Shown: piece by piece, positions 28,179-41,833 of the stretch | How positions within the stretch are numbered: the first letter of the stretch is position 1 | Layout of the letters: every line of letters begins with the position of its first letter | Assembly: GCA_002633005.1 (NCBI GenBank) | Contig: NMRA01000044.1 | Span: 840,074-904,073, forward strand | Reading direction: 5' to 3' | Length of the DNA: 64,000 nt | Source of the DNA: Phoronis australis | Lineage: Eukaryota > Animalia > Phoronida | Position numbers and translations under genes: made by a program | Notes under the pieces: generated by a model | Told to the model about the DNA's origin: nothing | What the model saw: the letters and a program-made list of their open reading frames with translations, nothing else | The model's database searches: none

Positions 28179-28603
28179 ATGGTGTTGTGCAGAAAACGCC
28201 CATAGCGTATGCAGCAGAGACGATGATAGTGTTGTCTGTTATTACGGCGTGGGGACTGGCAGTTTACCTGTTTATCAACCAGTGGGGAAATTTGCGGGTA
28301 ACACCCGAGAGACACCCGCGCTACAAGCACGCACAACCGAAGAACATTGAGACCATTAAAGTGGTAAAACGAGCCAATGACAGCGTCATCTATAAGAACT
28401 ACTCGCGGCAAATGTCGTTTACGATGGAGAAACGTGAAAAGCGCATTGAACGAATGAACACATTACGGCAACTTGGCATTGATCCACAGACCATAGACGT
28501 GATAGACTTGCCTATAGTGGAAAACCCGCCAACTCCAAGCACATCAAGTATGCCACCACCAACGATATCGACAATAACGTATCAGAACTCAAATCTTACA
28601 TAG
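28179..28603 (+). CDS. FNDC4/FNDC5-like protein, exon 3: transmembrane helix and cytoplasmic tail
   Basis: Phase-1 acceptor TTTCAG|AT. The segment ETMIVLSVITAWGLAVYLFINQWGNLR parallels the recalled FNDC5 EVLIIVVVLFMWAGVIALFCRQYDII. Stop TAG at 28601-28603; candidate AATAAA at 28991. Confidence 0.9.
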
Positions 28604-29113
28604 GTCTTCTCTCAGCCATTTGTTAGTTTTCTCAGTTACAGTTATAGCCTACTGGAGAGGTTACTTGTTTTTAAAATGTGATAAAATCTTCTGAATTAGC
28701 CAGTCACTAAACAAAAGATTTTATCAAACTTGTTTTCCAAGAAGTCAAGTACATGCGCTCCAACACTGCAAAACAACGGTTTTCGCGCTACCAAATGAAT
28801 TTTTGTATAAACAAACCGTGTGTCCTCTGAACGCGTGACAATTCTGCTCAAAATTCACACGTCCACTTGTTAAAGAATCATAGGAAATCATTTCCCCTTG
28901 ACTGATAAAATGTCGTTCATGCATTTTACAAAATACGAACATGTTTTCGCCAAACCACAAACAATGTACTTCACGCACGTAAGCACGTCTAATAAAAACT
29001 TTGTCTGACGAAAAAATCAATCGAATGAAATGATCTCAGTCTTAAAATGTTGTGACAGTGGTGTCCACGTGTCATCGCCGTCGACGTCTGCCTCCTAGTC
29101 ACGCTCTGCCTCC

Positions 29114-29254
29114 CGTTCAGTAACGCTAGGACCTCGCTAAAAAGCAAGACTTCGCGAGATTACGTGAGATATTGCCGTGCATTTCAAATGAGAGCACGTG
29201 ACTTTGACTAGGTTTTAGCTAGGTCCTAGCATAGGTCCTAGCGTCTACTGAACG
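29114..29254. mobile_element. Palindromic MITE, copy 2
   Basis: Inverted ends CGTTCAGTAACGCTAGGACCT and AGGTCCTAGCGTCTACTGAACG. Confidence 0.8.
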
Positions 29255-32200
29255 CACGCCTGGTTTGACTGTGTCGGCGGAAGTTACTATTCGTTGTTGT
29301 AAGGGTCTTGACGAGTAACCAATTAGATATCATTCAAGGGGATTACCCAACATTTTGGGAGATGGAAAAAGATTCAGAATCCGTACGTAAGTTTCATCTG
29401 ATAAGAAATGCAAGTCATTTAGACAGGATTACTAGCGCCTCGACAGTGAGCTGTGGAAAAAAGACACTTTGCAGAAAATCAGTGGAGGGAGGAAGATGGG
29501 AAACAAAAATAGACCGCTCAGTGAGAATCACTTGATGAATGGCGGGAAGAAGAGAATAAAAAGTAAAGGGGGATACATTATATTCAAACATTCACACGGT
29601 GCACTGTTATTAATTATTATTATTATAGTTGTTGTTGTTGTTATAATATTGATCATGTTCACTTTTTGTTTCTAATTAAAACTTACTTATTTAAGTCATT
29701 GTTGAGCCTGGTTTCGCACATTGTTCCATGATTGTAAGCACCGTCCAAACACACGAAGACATGCAGTGTCTTGTCTGCATGCATTTGAATGAAACATTTG
29801 GGTATTCACTGAAAATTGCGCGTGTGGACATCCGTATGGAGCTCTCTGCTGCTACGCCGACTGGTCCCAGTCGATTTTTCCAATACTAACGACGCCAGCT
29901 AGTTCCAGGAGTTTTAAGATATTACATTGAAACCGTTCAAAGCACTGAAAGGGACCCTATAATATGGGGAGTTATGTGGTGGAAATACACGGTTGTAGCA
30001 CTCATGAACATAGTGCAAGAGAGGAGACAAGAATCCGAATGCTCTTGCACCTTTACATTCCAGAAAGTTAGGGCCAAGCAGATTATTGACAATTTCCACT
30101 TGTCTGAAGGGTACCTGCCTTCGCGCCAAAATTCAACACTGAACACTAGGCTGTTAGTGTGCTCTGAAAATGGCGACACTTCCGTATCCGGGCCAAGAGC
30201 AGAGGCAGAATTTCTGGAATTCATTTAGTCAACACAACTTCAAGGAGCTACTGAATACCATTCAAGGCAATCACTTCCGATTTAGTCCACAAAATAGTCG
30301 TCACACCTGACCCACCCCGTTTTCTTCAATTTTGGGTGACCTACAAAGGCCCGAACCATGACCTTAGGCCTTCTATAAAAACATTATGTGGCTCAAAATT
30401 AAAATTTTATTACCACGCCATAGTTCATGATAACGACTGCAACGGCTTCTTAACAGAAGCAGGGCGTGGTTTAACATAAGCTTTGGTCGCCTTCCGATGA
30501 TGCAGCGTTAGGCGTATCAGTATATGGGCAATGCTCACTACTACTTTTTTACCATTGGTGAAAAACATTCTGAAAATCAATTGCAGTGGAAAACGGATTA
30601 CATATTGTAGAACGAAAAAGGTTATACTTGGTAGTCTACATGTTCGAAGCGTTCGAAAATTGATTGAAAATTCGATCACGCCGACGACAACTTGTTCATT
30701 TGACATTTCCCCAACAAACTGAACCACACCCTTGACTTTTGTAAGTTTCCGCGAAAATTTGATGATGTGAAACTTGATACATCTCTCTGAACATATGTGC
30801 TACACCACTGCCTTAGCATGCTCGTCACTGCAAATGTGCAAATATTCTTGAAAGTCGTTTTAAACAGGTGAAATGAGTCGTAGGTGCAACCGTTCCCTCG
30901 TGACTACAAACTTGAGGAAGACTTTAAAGATGTAATCACGAGCGAGAAACGAGTCTCGTGAAACGTTAAAATTGGATTTCTACAGGCATCAGTGAAGAAC
31001 AAGTACGTTTTTTAAATGAATCCTATGAGTCAGAGATATCTGAGAAAAGCCCATGTCCTGTATGTCTTTTAGTTGAAAAACAAGTATTTGATAGTATTTA
31101 TGAATATTGTTACGGTACATCGAAATATGCTATGCAACGATCTGATCAAAGAGGTTAATGATAAAAGGCCTGAGTTGCTACGTAATGAATTGAGTCATGA
31201 GAACTACACCTTGTAAGAAAAGATTGCGTTAAAAAAAGAAAACGACGATGTTCATGAGAATGCACGTGCGCACCTCAAGGGAGGAATAGTTGTAGCCTCG
31301 CCAGCACGCAGTCTAGGTACTACTCTAGAAAACTGGTGGACCTGCTGAAAATTGCAAAGAAATGTATAATTTTCACAGTTTATGATTTAAGAAAACGATT
31401 TTTCCCTTATAACAAGAATTTTCATCGATTTTAGACATCGTAGGTTGAATGGCCTCAGTTGTCTCACTTCAAAAAACATAATTTCAGTAACATTTTACGG
31501 AACAATACTTCGCGCACCTAGTCGCATACTAGAATCTCCTTTTTGTCTTTGCGACCTACGTCACGTGACAATTTTATAATCACAATAAAGATCACCCAGT
31601 TTAAGACAAATGACGAACTACTAGTGGAATTGTCAAATTTCTCCCAGCAAAATAATTTCTACGAAAATTTTATAGTCTTTTGCCAGCATGATTTGTATGA
31701 TATAGAGTCCAAGGAATAACATTTACTAAAATGTCTGCATTAATACCAATTAATAAGCTGTTGAAACAATAAAAAATTTTGCAACTTTGTCCCAGATGGA
31801 CATCTTAAACAGGCATGAAACGTGAAACCTCTTAAAAATATCTTTTTAAGCAATTCCAGACGAAAGTATCATCTCGTAACGTCTAGTTCAGAGTTATTCA
31901 CTTCACCTTGTGAGGGAATTTTCAGAAAAACTCACAAAATCCAAGAGTTTCAAATACGCGCGAAGGAAAAACTGTAGTCACCACAGAGTTTCTAATCTCT
32001 TTCCCCTTTATGATAAATGCGCGCATGCGCTCACAGTCATTCGACAAACAGCTGACTGATAAGATAAATATTAACGGCAGATTATCATGTGTGATTGCAC
32101 TCCGAATCTGAGGTTGACAGCACAGTATGAGGTATGCCAATGAAGAATTAGCCAAGCATGTTTGAAAAAATATAAAAATAATTCCAAGAGTATTTAGCCT

Positions 32201-33099
32201 ATTTGAGGGCTGCGATACCTTTATAAATAATTTAAAACGATTAGGACTTGCATAAATTGCCTCTTAATCGGACTGGTTGTTGCTTGAAGTCGCCATTGTT
32301 TCGCTTACGTCTGTGACTTGCCATACCAAATAAGGCGACGTGCTTTGCCTTGTGGGAGAAAAATCGACGAAGAGGCGAGTAGTTGACAGATCATTTTTTG
32401 TAAATTTGAAACTAAAAGAAAAATGCTTTGACATCAACCGAAATTCAAACTCTTTACGAACAAACAGTAAACATACCAGGGGAGCAGTTTGGATTTTGTT
32501 TCAGTGGCGGAGAACCACCTTGAATATTGAAACTTAGTCTGTTTTTCGCGTTCTGGGAATCTTTATGGTATATCCATATGAAAATTTAGGCTGGGACCTG
32601 TTCCCGTACTCGCCGGGGACACGACCAAAAACAGCAGGAATGCCGTTTTAGATACGTGTTACGTGAATATCTGTCCTCCCATGACTGATTGTATCCGATT
32701 TCCAGGCGCCATCATGGAACACCCAATGACAAAGGTTCTCTGGGTCTACATTCCCCCCCCCCCCCCCTNACATGGTCTAACAATACAAGTACTACACGCA
32801 AATCTGTATTATTGTGGAAACTATCCAATATCAATTAACAGAATGAGGGACTACTCAGGTAAACTGTCCGATCGATGATGACCGCTCTACCACCTTCCAT
32901 CTCATCAATCATGTACACCTTGTATTGACAAGTGCGGGTTACTCACTCACAGCTCCATTCCATAATTTTCAAGGACTCCTACCACTTGAATGAAGTAGAA
33001 CACTTACGGTTACCATGGAAACATCAGCGCCAGGTGTTAACACGCACGGTTGGCTCAAAATCACCTTGCGTAGCTACGCCGTAACTTTGCTTCTGATAG

Positions 33100-33200
33100 G
33101 TTGTTCAAACAAAACCACGCACAGTTGCGCGCGCAATCATGCTTCTGATATGTTGTTCAAACAAAATCACGCGCACTTACGCGCGCAATCATGCTTCTGG
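33100..33200. repeat. Tandem duplication, about 51-bp unit x2
   Basis: TTGTTCAAACAAAA.CACGC...GCGCGCAATCATGCTTCTG occurs twice. Confidence 0.85.
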
Positions 33201-33729
33201 TTGATTATTCATTACAAGCAAAATTACTGAGATCGTTCTCACACCTCGATAACGACTTTGAGGGTAAACGTAAATGAGTGAAAATACTTAAGTTCTAAAG
33301 GAAAACCTGTAACGCAATTACGTAGTCAGAATACATTAGCCATATTTTTACCCTACCGGAAAATCTCTGACGGCAGGCTCCATCAAGGCGTCTATTCGTA
33401 AAACAGTTTGTTCTTTTCGCTATTATAAAGGTATACAGGCGCCTCCAACTAGAAAACTTACATGACACAGATTGTCGTGACAACAGTTTTTGTGTTAGTA
33501 GTGATTTAATAACAAAGGCTAAGTGTATTTTCTTGACACGGGGTATTTAAAACTGCATTTCGTCCAGTTCTGGGACTTGTTTCTTGAAGAGTCCATAAAC
33601 AAGAAAATTTTCCGTTTGACTTTGACTTTCTTTTAGTTTGCTCCTAGGCAGTTTACGATTTCTGTCTTTTGGCTTTGAGTCGTAGACACATTTTCTGGCT
33701 TTTTTTCTTAGCCTGAATTCGTGAACGGG

Positions 33730-33803
33730 CTAAGCCACCCGTATACTGATTTACTAAGCCAACCGTAGACTGATTTACAACTAAGCCACAGGTAGACTGA
33801 TTT
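33730..33803. repeat. Short tandem repeat, about 25-bp unit x3
   Basis: CTAAGCCA...GTA.ACTGATTT occurs three times. Confidence 0.8.
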
Positions 33804-34449
33804 TCAGCCAAAATCAAGTCACTAGCCTCCTCGAAAAAGAGAACCCAGATGTAAGAACTGATTTCTTAATCGCCAAGCGCTTCGGAGTTTAAAAATAATA
33901 CCACGCTCATTAGATCCTGAGCGTTTGGCGACTGAGCCGGCACCGACTCAGTGCCACGCAGGTAATGTGCGCATGCGCCATTTCCGAATTCAAAATGTAA
34001 TTGGGGTTAGCCAACTCCAATAAACGATCACGTTTTCTGGAGTTGCTGTTAGTTTCGATGTTCTTGTTAGTAACGAAAATGGAATGCACGGTAAGGAATA
34101 TTGTGAGACCGATTTTACAAGTGAAGAGCACGACCCATTCGATTTGTATTTGTAGTTAGATAAATACATAATAATCACTTGACTAGACCATCCGAATACT
34201 ATTTAGAACATCAAATGTGTAATTAGTCAGACATGGAATGCACAATTAAAGGCAAAACGTTTGATTTGGTTGAACGAACAGCCTTTGAACAGTTTGAACT
34301 TGTTTTGAAGTTGTGGAGGTTGCTTCGAGTAAATGCCAATACAATTTTAGCAAACCAAGTACTCTTGCAATAAAAGAACAAATTAAAATGTGAGTGAAGA
34401 TTGAGTTGTGCCGTTGACATGCCTGTGTTGACATGTTGACGTGATAAAG

Positions 34450-34608
34450 CAGTGGCGGATTTAGAGGGGACCAAGGGGGCCATGCCCCCCCCCTAAAATT
34501 CTCCCAGATTAAATTTGGTAATTCGGGGTGTAAGTATCTGACGGGCAAATTCCTGGCTAATACTCGATCTGCCCCGCCCCCCAACTCAAAATCCTGGATC
34601 CGCCCCTG
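34450..34608. mobile_element. GC-rich MITE
   Basis: Inverted ends CAGTGGCGGATTTAG and CTGGATCCGCCCCTG. Related starts occur at 20579 and 35105. Confidence 0.75.
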
Positions 34609-35347
34609 GTCAAGGTTTCGCAGCACCAGCTGGAACATAGAACAGACATTACGTAGTTCCTTTTGTTTGAGTAGACTTGAGTACGTGCGGCCGAAATTAA
34701 TTGATTAACTCGAACCAATCTTCAGTCTATCGTCGCACCGAAAGCTACTAAACACCGGTCAGCGATAACCTGTGTCCGCCCATCCGCAGAGTAAACCGCG
34801 AGTTCATTATATAATTCAGTTGCAAACAGATGTGTGCCGTCTAGTACGTTTTATGAATAAAGCGGATAAAAAAGACAAGTATAGACGGCACACCATATTA
34901 AAACCGCAATTTCTTGTTTTTTCTTTTCATTCTTTTATTCGTATCATGACTACAGTGCAATGAACGCAACTTTTTCATAAGCTCATTCATTCACACATTC
35001 CGATGAGAAAACCAGCCAGTTTCCTATCTTAAGAGTGCTGTGCATTTCAGACCAGACAAAAAGCCATAAATGGGTGATACACTCTATGTCACGGATATGG
35101 ATCACAGTGGCGGATCTAGGATATCACAAGGGGGGGGGGCCCAACATTTTGTCCGGCTGTAAACATTTGCGCAAACTGAACCACGATTGTAGATGCGCAT
35201 AGCACCGAATGGGGGTCGCCCAGGAAATTTTTCTGTTATTACCTCTTAAAATCAAGTATTTTCCTTGATTCCTGAAGTATTATCCAAGAAAAAAGGCAAA
35301 AAAAAACACGGAGAACGTGTCAAACAGGAAAAACTGCAAGTATCAAA

Positions 35348-35405
35348 AACTCGAACTCACGACCTTGCGTATAGAGCGCCTGTGCGTTACCACTACACCA
35401 CCACG
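35348..35405 (-). mobile_element. tRNA-derived SINE head fragment
   Basis: The minus strand has GGTGTAGTGGTAA (A box) and GAGTTCGAGT (B box). No intact cloverleaf. Confidence 0.55.
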
Positions 35406-36114
35406 ACTTCACTACTAAACTCATACTAAGAGACCTACTTGTTTATGGTCCACAGCGTTTGCGCGCGAAACCTACTTCTTTTTGTAATGCTTATTACACG
35501 TTTTGTGCCATCGATTTTTAACAAATTTGTCGTATTTAAAATAGTCTTCAAATGCCCAAAAGACCAAATCCGTTTTTCGTGTTGACAATAATGACGGGAT
35601 TGCTTTGGAAATAGTCTTAACATAAGGTTTGACAAAGAGAGTATTGCGAATTTCTGAGTGATTCACTAAGGCTTCGATTAAAATTCCCATCTTACCAGCA
35701 GCTTCTGTTTTTTCATCGTCACTCAGGTTCCATTTTCTTTAAAAAATGAAGTAAATTTTCTTCATTGCACAGTGGAGCAGACGACGGAAACTGAGTCGTA
35801 GTGCGCAGCGCCACTGCCGGGTCGCCTGGGATATCGCGGGAGAGCCTATACTTAACCATAGTTCCGTTACGAATGCGCTTTGTTCCGAATTTGACACTTG
35901 AAATTGGAGTGTCAAACTTTACCATGAAATCCCATTTTTGTGGTATTATAAACATTATAGAAGCTGCTGGACAAGGAAATAGTTTGAGTTTTGGATTAAA
36001 TCATCCATGGTCTCAGTAATACTTGCCTGAAATTTCTGAGGGGTCAAAGAAGCAAAAACAAAGAAAACTGATAACAATTCTTTACCCCGCATTGTGAACA
36101 AAAATTTCTGGGAA

Positions 36115-36482
36115 TAGCATTTCAAGCATTTTTTCATGACGATTCATAGAAAGAACGCAAACTGAAACGCGGCTATTGTGATGTTAGTTAAATCGAATGC
36201 AATCAACTTTAAGTAGTACAAGAGAACGTTTGTGTACATACGCATTTATCGGATAACGATTCTTTGCCCTGCTTTGAAAACAAGAACTCGGAGACACAGT
36301 TTTCAAGCATTTTTTCATGACGATTCTTGGAAAGCGTGTAATTCAAAACGCGACTGTTGTGATGTTGGTTGAGTTAAATGTAATCAACCTTTCATGTATT
36401 TATCTGATAACGATTCTTTATCTGCATTTAGAACGACAATGTCGAGGCATAGTTTTCCGTGCATTTTTTCATGACGATTCCA
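36115..36482. repeat. Degenerate tandem repeat, 160-180-bp unit
   Basis: GCATTTTTTCATGACGATTC recurs near 36126, 36307 and 36461. GATAACGATTCTTT recurs near 36252 and 36406. Confidence 0.8.
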
Positions 36483-37588
36483 GGAAAGAATACAAACTGA
36501 CAGTCAGTAACAGTGGCATAGAATATGTATTTGAAACCTACACTCGTCAGACATTGTCACTCAACAGGAGATGTTTGTATGCATTATAGGTAACTTTTAT
36601 TCGCCGTTATTATGGAAATAAGAAAATACGTGATCTAGTTTTTGAAATCGGGCACATTTTCGTGTCTCTCATTAATGTGATGTCGGGAAGGCAAAAAATT
36701 TCAGATCACGCATCCACGGGTATTTGTCCAGTTTATAAAACTTTTGTTGCAGCCCACAACACGACACTTAATACTTCGTTAGCATAGGAAGAACGAATAG
36801 AGTAATGCAACCGAGAAAAAATTGTTAAGAATCAGACAACCAAAAACAAACAACATGTGAAACTCCAGTGGCTCGAAAACGAGGCAGCAAATGTGCCTGA
36901 CGAATGTTTACGGCATTGTGGGTAAATACAGCGAGATTCGAGTGTCGCTGTGTAATCAGGGACGGCCCTATTGCCATGAATCTCAAGTATATAGTACTAA
37001 TTGTATGTTTTTAATTCTACTAGTTATGTGTGCTACGACAGTATAGTTAATAGCAAAAAGCTATCGAGAAACAACCCCAATAAACTTCATCTAGTGCATT
37101 ATACTCAAGTAAATAATCCCGGCATAAATCCCGAAGGTTACTGGGGTGATAGGCCTACACTGACTTATTCAGTTCCGACAGTGGCGTTATTTTGAACTCT
37201 GGAGATGATTTGTGTGCGTTAAAGTTTTGCCCATCCGTAGGATTTACAAAGGATTGTAGGTGATACCGTAAGTTATTTTTAGAAATGTCACTGCTTGAGA
37301 GAACGCTTGTCAGCCGTCCAGCCGGTTTCCGGATGTAGCCCAGCTTAGAAAACTCTAAAAAAGTTACTCAGCTACTTTAAAATTTGAATACACATCTTAG
37401 CCGAGTACAGAGATTTCATCGCTTACTTCTCTCCGAGCCAGTTCTAAATGTCGTCTTGTATTTTACCCGATGGCATTTTCCTCCGCCATAATTCTACGTT
37501 TCAAACACTCAGTGACGCCTTGCTATGCGAGGCTACCTAACTTTATAAGCACCTCTTCGTGATGGTCACGTGACACAACAACTCGAAC

Positions 37589-38096
37589 TTATTTCCACAA
37601 TACAAAAAACAGCAGTTGATTCCATCGCGGGCCCCCTTCACATGGAAAGCAGTGCAAGTCAAATTTTCTCAGGTTTTTTAAAGTATGGTAATTGTCTGAC
37701 TTCAAGTACGTGCAGGTAGTACAGGATGCTATTTCATAAGAACAAGAGGCCGCAGTTCCCCGATCCCCAAAATAGGTAGCCTGGCATTGCAAGTAGATAC
37801 AACAATAATACAAAAAGGAAGAGGGGCAACTGATTCCTTCATCGGGGCCCCTCTTTCAGAGAGGGGTGTATTATTCCACAATAGGAAAAAACAGCAGTTG
37901 ATTTAATCATGGGACTGAGCCACCTCCAAAATACCATTTCGATATGAAAGAATCCACAATTAAAAAAAAAACAGTCAAAGAGTGACAGTCGATGTCATGT
38001 TCAGGGCCCGCCATCAGGGGCACCCTTAATATGAAAGAGTTCATATAATTACAAAAACACAAGAAAAGAATGACCATTAACTCCATCATGGGCCCC
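37589..38096. repeat. Degenerate tandem repeat with GGGCCC motifs
   Basis: TTAT(T)TCCACAATA..AAAAAACAGCAGTTGATT occurs near 37589 and 37871, with repeated CAT...GGGCCC motifs. Confidence 0.65.
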
Positions 38097-40005
38097 TACA
38101 CTAAAAAGAGGTGCTTGACATGACAAGATTCATGACACAAGAGCCTCGACCAGTGACTCACAGCAGGATAAGGGTTAATGTATGTATGAAGAAGTTCGAT
38201 GTAACATTGATAGCTTTGATGCCAGGATGTGATCTCTGGGCAGACATATTGTTCATTGTTATTTGTTGTTTTGTTTAATATGTTTGTGAAAAAACACACG
38301 AAGTATAATTTCACAAATACAGGAAGCAAATGTGGCATTGCAAGCACAGTAAAAGACAAAAGAAATCGCACAAAATACCGTTTTCCAGGTCATTAGGGCT
38401 AATTCTGTGAACTGCAAAAATTACTGGTCATAACTATTGGAATGGCAAAATTCTAATAACGGAATGTTTAAGCCACCTACTAACTTTCTGACCTGTTCAT
38501 TTACCTTCATTCAAGGTCATGACTTGTTGACAATGAATTCGGCTTACACCCACCTGTCATGACGGAGAATTCCGGGTCACATTGTCCATTACTTTTAGTT
38601 TGCACTGTATATTGTACAGAAAAGTCTCACCAATTTTGGAGAAAAATAATTACCAAAATTGCCCGTTTTATGTTTTTCAAAACATCGAAAACTGCCGTGA
38701 ATGCCCAAAATTTCTCAAAACATTGACTGATGGTAGCTACGTTATAGAACTTAGAAGCATTGAAGTATTTATTTGATGAAACTTAACCTTACGAGGATAA
38801 TTACACCTTCTGTGCCAAATTGGCGAGATTTTATTGTAATGATAGCAGTCCAAAAATGTAAGAATGAGGTATTGTTCTCAAGACCCTTTTGGTGACTTCT
38901 CTCCCTCATTAAGACTGATTGCGATCTTAATGAGGGAAAACTCAGCACACAGAGAGACCCCCTCAGTGCTAAATATCTGCCTTCCCTCTAATCACCAATT
39001 TATCCATTCAACAAACATAATGTACTCGATGAAAGCTGTGATAAGTGCTACGGTAGTACATGTATCACATATCCCCTTGGTAACACAGCGGGCAAAAATC
39101 ATTTACATTGATTTCCTACATCACATCTTCTCTTAGTTTAAGTTCTACTCAGAGACATCTTTGAAAACCATTGTTTTGGGTTGGAACCCTTGATTTTGTT
39201 TTGAATACGCTATGCTAGTGTTCCTAATTTAACAGGATAAACACAAGTACTGAATAAAGTGCAGAGATTGCTTCCAACTTGAAGATTCACAGGCTCTAAT
39301 TTGACTTAATTCAATTTGAAGTTTCCAGCATAATTAGCACTACACGGATCTTTAAGATCAATGGCAACGCTGAATAATGATGTCAAGAGTGCATAACAAT
39401 ATCTGGCCATCAGCTGTCACTGTCATGGACCATTCATAGTTCCTTGTCAAACAGGTTGCGTAGTTCCAGTCAACAAACTAATCAAGCATATGCAGCCCAC
39501 AAGTTTTATTTTCGGATATTGCAATGACGTACTGAAATGTCTTGCTAGATGGCGATAGAGTAGTTGGTGGACACTGACACTTAAGCGCCACTTTCATAAA
39601 GATCACCTACAACTTGGACGGAGATTTAAAACAGTACTTTAAATTCTTTGCTATCATCATGCCATCTGTTGTAGAGTCACATGGTGAGATGAGCATATGA
39701 TTCGCACAAAAAATGTCAACGTCACAGTGAAAGAACTTTCAGCTTAGTAAACTGAACCTGTCTTGTCCACCAGAATTTGAGTGCTTTCACGATGATAGAG
39801 ACACATGATGGCTGTTTGACATTAGAGAAATTGTGTATTTTTGGTAAAACGTTAACACCAGAGAAGACAGTTGTCAATTCCTTGACATTAGATGAGTGAG
39901 ATAACTTCACATGGGAGGTTTCAGAAATTCTATATACAGATATTCCACACTATTCCATTATGTACACCAAGACACACCACCACAACCACTACCACCAAGC
40001 CGACA

Positions 40006-40160
40006 CTATGATTCGCCACTCTTAAGTTTCTCAAACACGTCGGACAGCATCTGGTTACAAAGTGCAGCATATGGGTTCAAGTTGACCACCTGCTGCTTGG
40101 CAAAGACACTGCCCAGGTTAGCCGCTCTCTTGTAGTCCTCCACTGCACTGTCTGTGTCAC
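40006..40160 (-). CDS. TTC36: Tetratricopeptide repeat protein 36, exon 4 (last)
   Basis: Encodes GDTDSAVEDYKRAANLGSVFAKQQVVNLNPYAALCNQMLSDVFEKLKSGES*. LNPYAALCNxML is the signature C-terminus of TTC36. Phase-1 acceptor. Confidence 0.95.
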
Positions 40161-40908
40161 CTGCAGGTCAAAGAGCAATGGTCAGGTCACATAAAATATA
40201 GACAAGTTTGCAGAGTGTGATTTTACAGCAAAATAATAAAACATAAGTAGCACTATTTCATTTTCCATGCAAAGAAGAAAATGTTCAGGCTTTTTATACG
40301 TGGTTCTGAGCTTTTAAAGCTAGTTCAGAAAAACATGGAAGATGTTGAGGTAGACACAAGGGAGCGCCACAGAAATTAGTTCAGACCAAAAAAATCAATA
40401 CCAGCCATGCTCTCCTCATATGCCAACTTATGAACAACCATCAACAAACACGTTAAATATTGAGTCAGACACAAATAAGAGGTTATTATTTGTGTCTACT
40501 ACAGGGGGCAGTCCGATCTGTCTATAAATCAGTAGCAACACTGCTCTCCTCAATAAGACCACATTTCATTAAGACCATTCTAAGACTGATCTTATGAGAG
40601 TAAAAGGTCTAATTCACTTCTCATTTCATAGCCAGCTAAACAGGTCAAAATGCAGCTTTAACAGCAGTCATTTTAATTTAACTAAAAAAGTTAATAACAG
40701 TTGCCAGATATTGTCTGATACCATAGACCTTTTTATGGTTAAAGATTTGTGGCATATCTGCTATACATTGTAGGACACTGGTCAGCTAAACAGAATGAAA
40801 TCAACCAATGAAACCAGAGAATGGGCACCTTGATTTGCAGCCAACAGATGGAAAGGAACTCGCATATCCAACAATCCTCTAACTATAAAAAGGGTCATTT
40901 ACAAATAC

Positions 40909-41010
40909 CTTCATACTGCCGTATTAGCGCCCTCTGTGTGTAGGCCTGGCAAGCTGCAGCCCCTACACCATTACTCAATTCTATAGCTTTATCCAGATCA
41001 CGCTTGGCAC
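40909..41010 (-). CDS. TTC36: TTC36 exon 3
   Basis: Encodes GAKRDLDKAIELSNGVGAAACQAYTQRALIRQYE. 102 nt, phase 1-1, AG/GT flanks. Confidence 0.95.
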
Positions 41011-41650
41011 CTGTAAACCACATGATTACACGATGTCAACTACAAAATTCAGTTCACTTAGTAATTGAACGACATTTTCAATAAAGCATGATAAAATACA
41101 AAAATAATTGCAAGCAGTCAGACATGTGTTGTACCAGACGTGCGCAGGCACTGCATTTGAGTCCATTGCACTGATTACCTGGGACCATTTTTATGCTCTA
41201 TTAATATATCGCTAATCTGTTCAAGAGGCTGAGGATCAACTACTGCATAACGGACACATTGATAGACCAGAAGACTGTTTCATTAAAAGTCATTAAGACT
41301 CAAGACAAGGTTGGAGTTAGTACCAAATTTTACAAACAGGCAATATTGACAATTCCAAATTCTAAGAATTATGACAAACATGACAACATTATCAATTCTG
41401 AAGTCTGTTATGTCAGCGACTACTTTCGACCATTGTATTATAAAACTTCAATACAAACTGCACTTTCAGAAATTATGATCTTCAGTTTTAAGAAATTCAA
41501 TTCCAGCATGAATTTTAATATCTAGAATTTTAGGAACTGGGGAATTTTTACCTCAACTTGACAGTACAGATTTTTGTGTCTCCCAAATCACAGTTTTGCT
41601 TTAAATTTCAGACACAAGACAGGTTATCAGAAGATTGCATCTTTAATTAC

Positions 41651-41833
41651 CAGGAGTGTCTCCTTTCAACCTGAGTACTTGTGCACGGTTGTTATAGGCC
41701 GACGGCCAATGAGGAGCGGTGTTCACAGCATTGCAGAAGTGTTCAAGAGCACAGTCGAGGTCGCCTCTCTCGGCAGCTTCAACGCCGTCTCGTTCCAACT
41801 TCTTCACTCCACTTATCACGTCATCTTCTTCAA
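41651..41833 (-). CDS. TTC36: TTC36 exon 2
   Basis: Encodes VEEDDVISGVKKLERDGVEAAERGDLDCALEHFCNAVNTAPHWPSAYNNRAQVLRLKGDTP, including the TPR motif SAYNNRAQ. 183 nt, phase 1-1. Confidence 0.95.

Noticed and set aside
33730-33803. Short repeats (here and at 13741 and 33100) as possible CRISPR arrays
   Set aside because: The units are directly adjacent without unique spacers, number only 2-3, and lie in a eukaryotic context.
33940-33957. The minus strand GTGGCACTGAGTCGGTGC matches 17/18 nt of the 3' hairpin of the S. pyogenes tracrRNA/sgRNA scaffold
   Set aside because: The rest of the scaffold is absent, and there is no array or cas gene. It is a short self-complementary motif in animal DNA, most likely chance or transposon-derived.
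41163-41172. CCATTGCACT as a U1 snRNA gene
   Set aside because: Only the 10-nt loop matches. There is no ATACTTACCTG 5' end and no U1 3' stem-loop.
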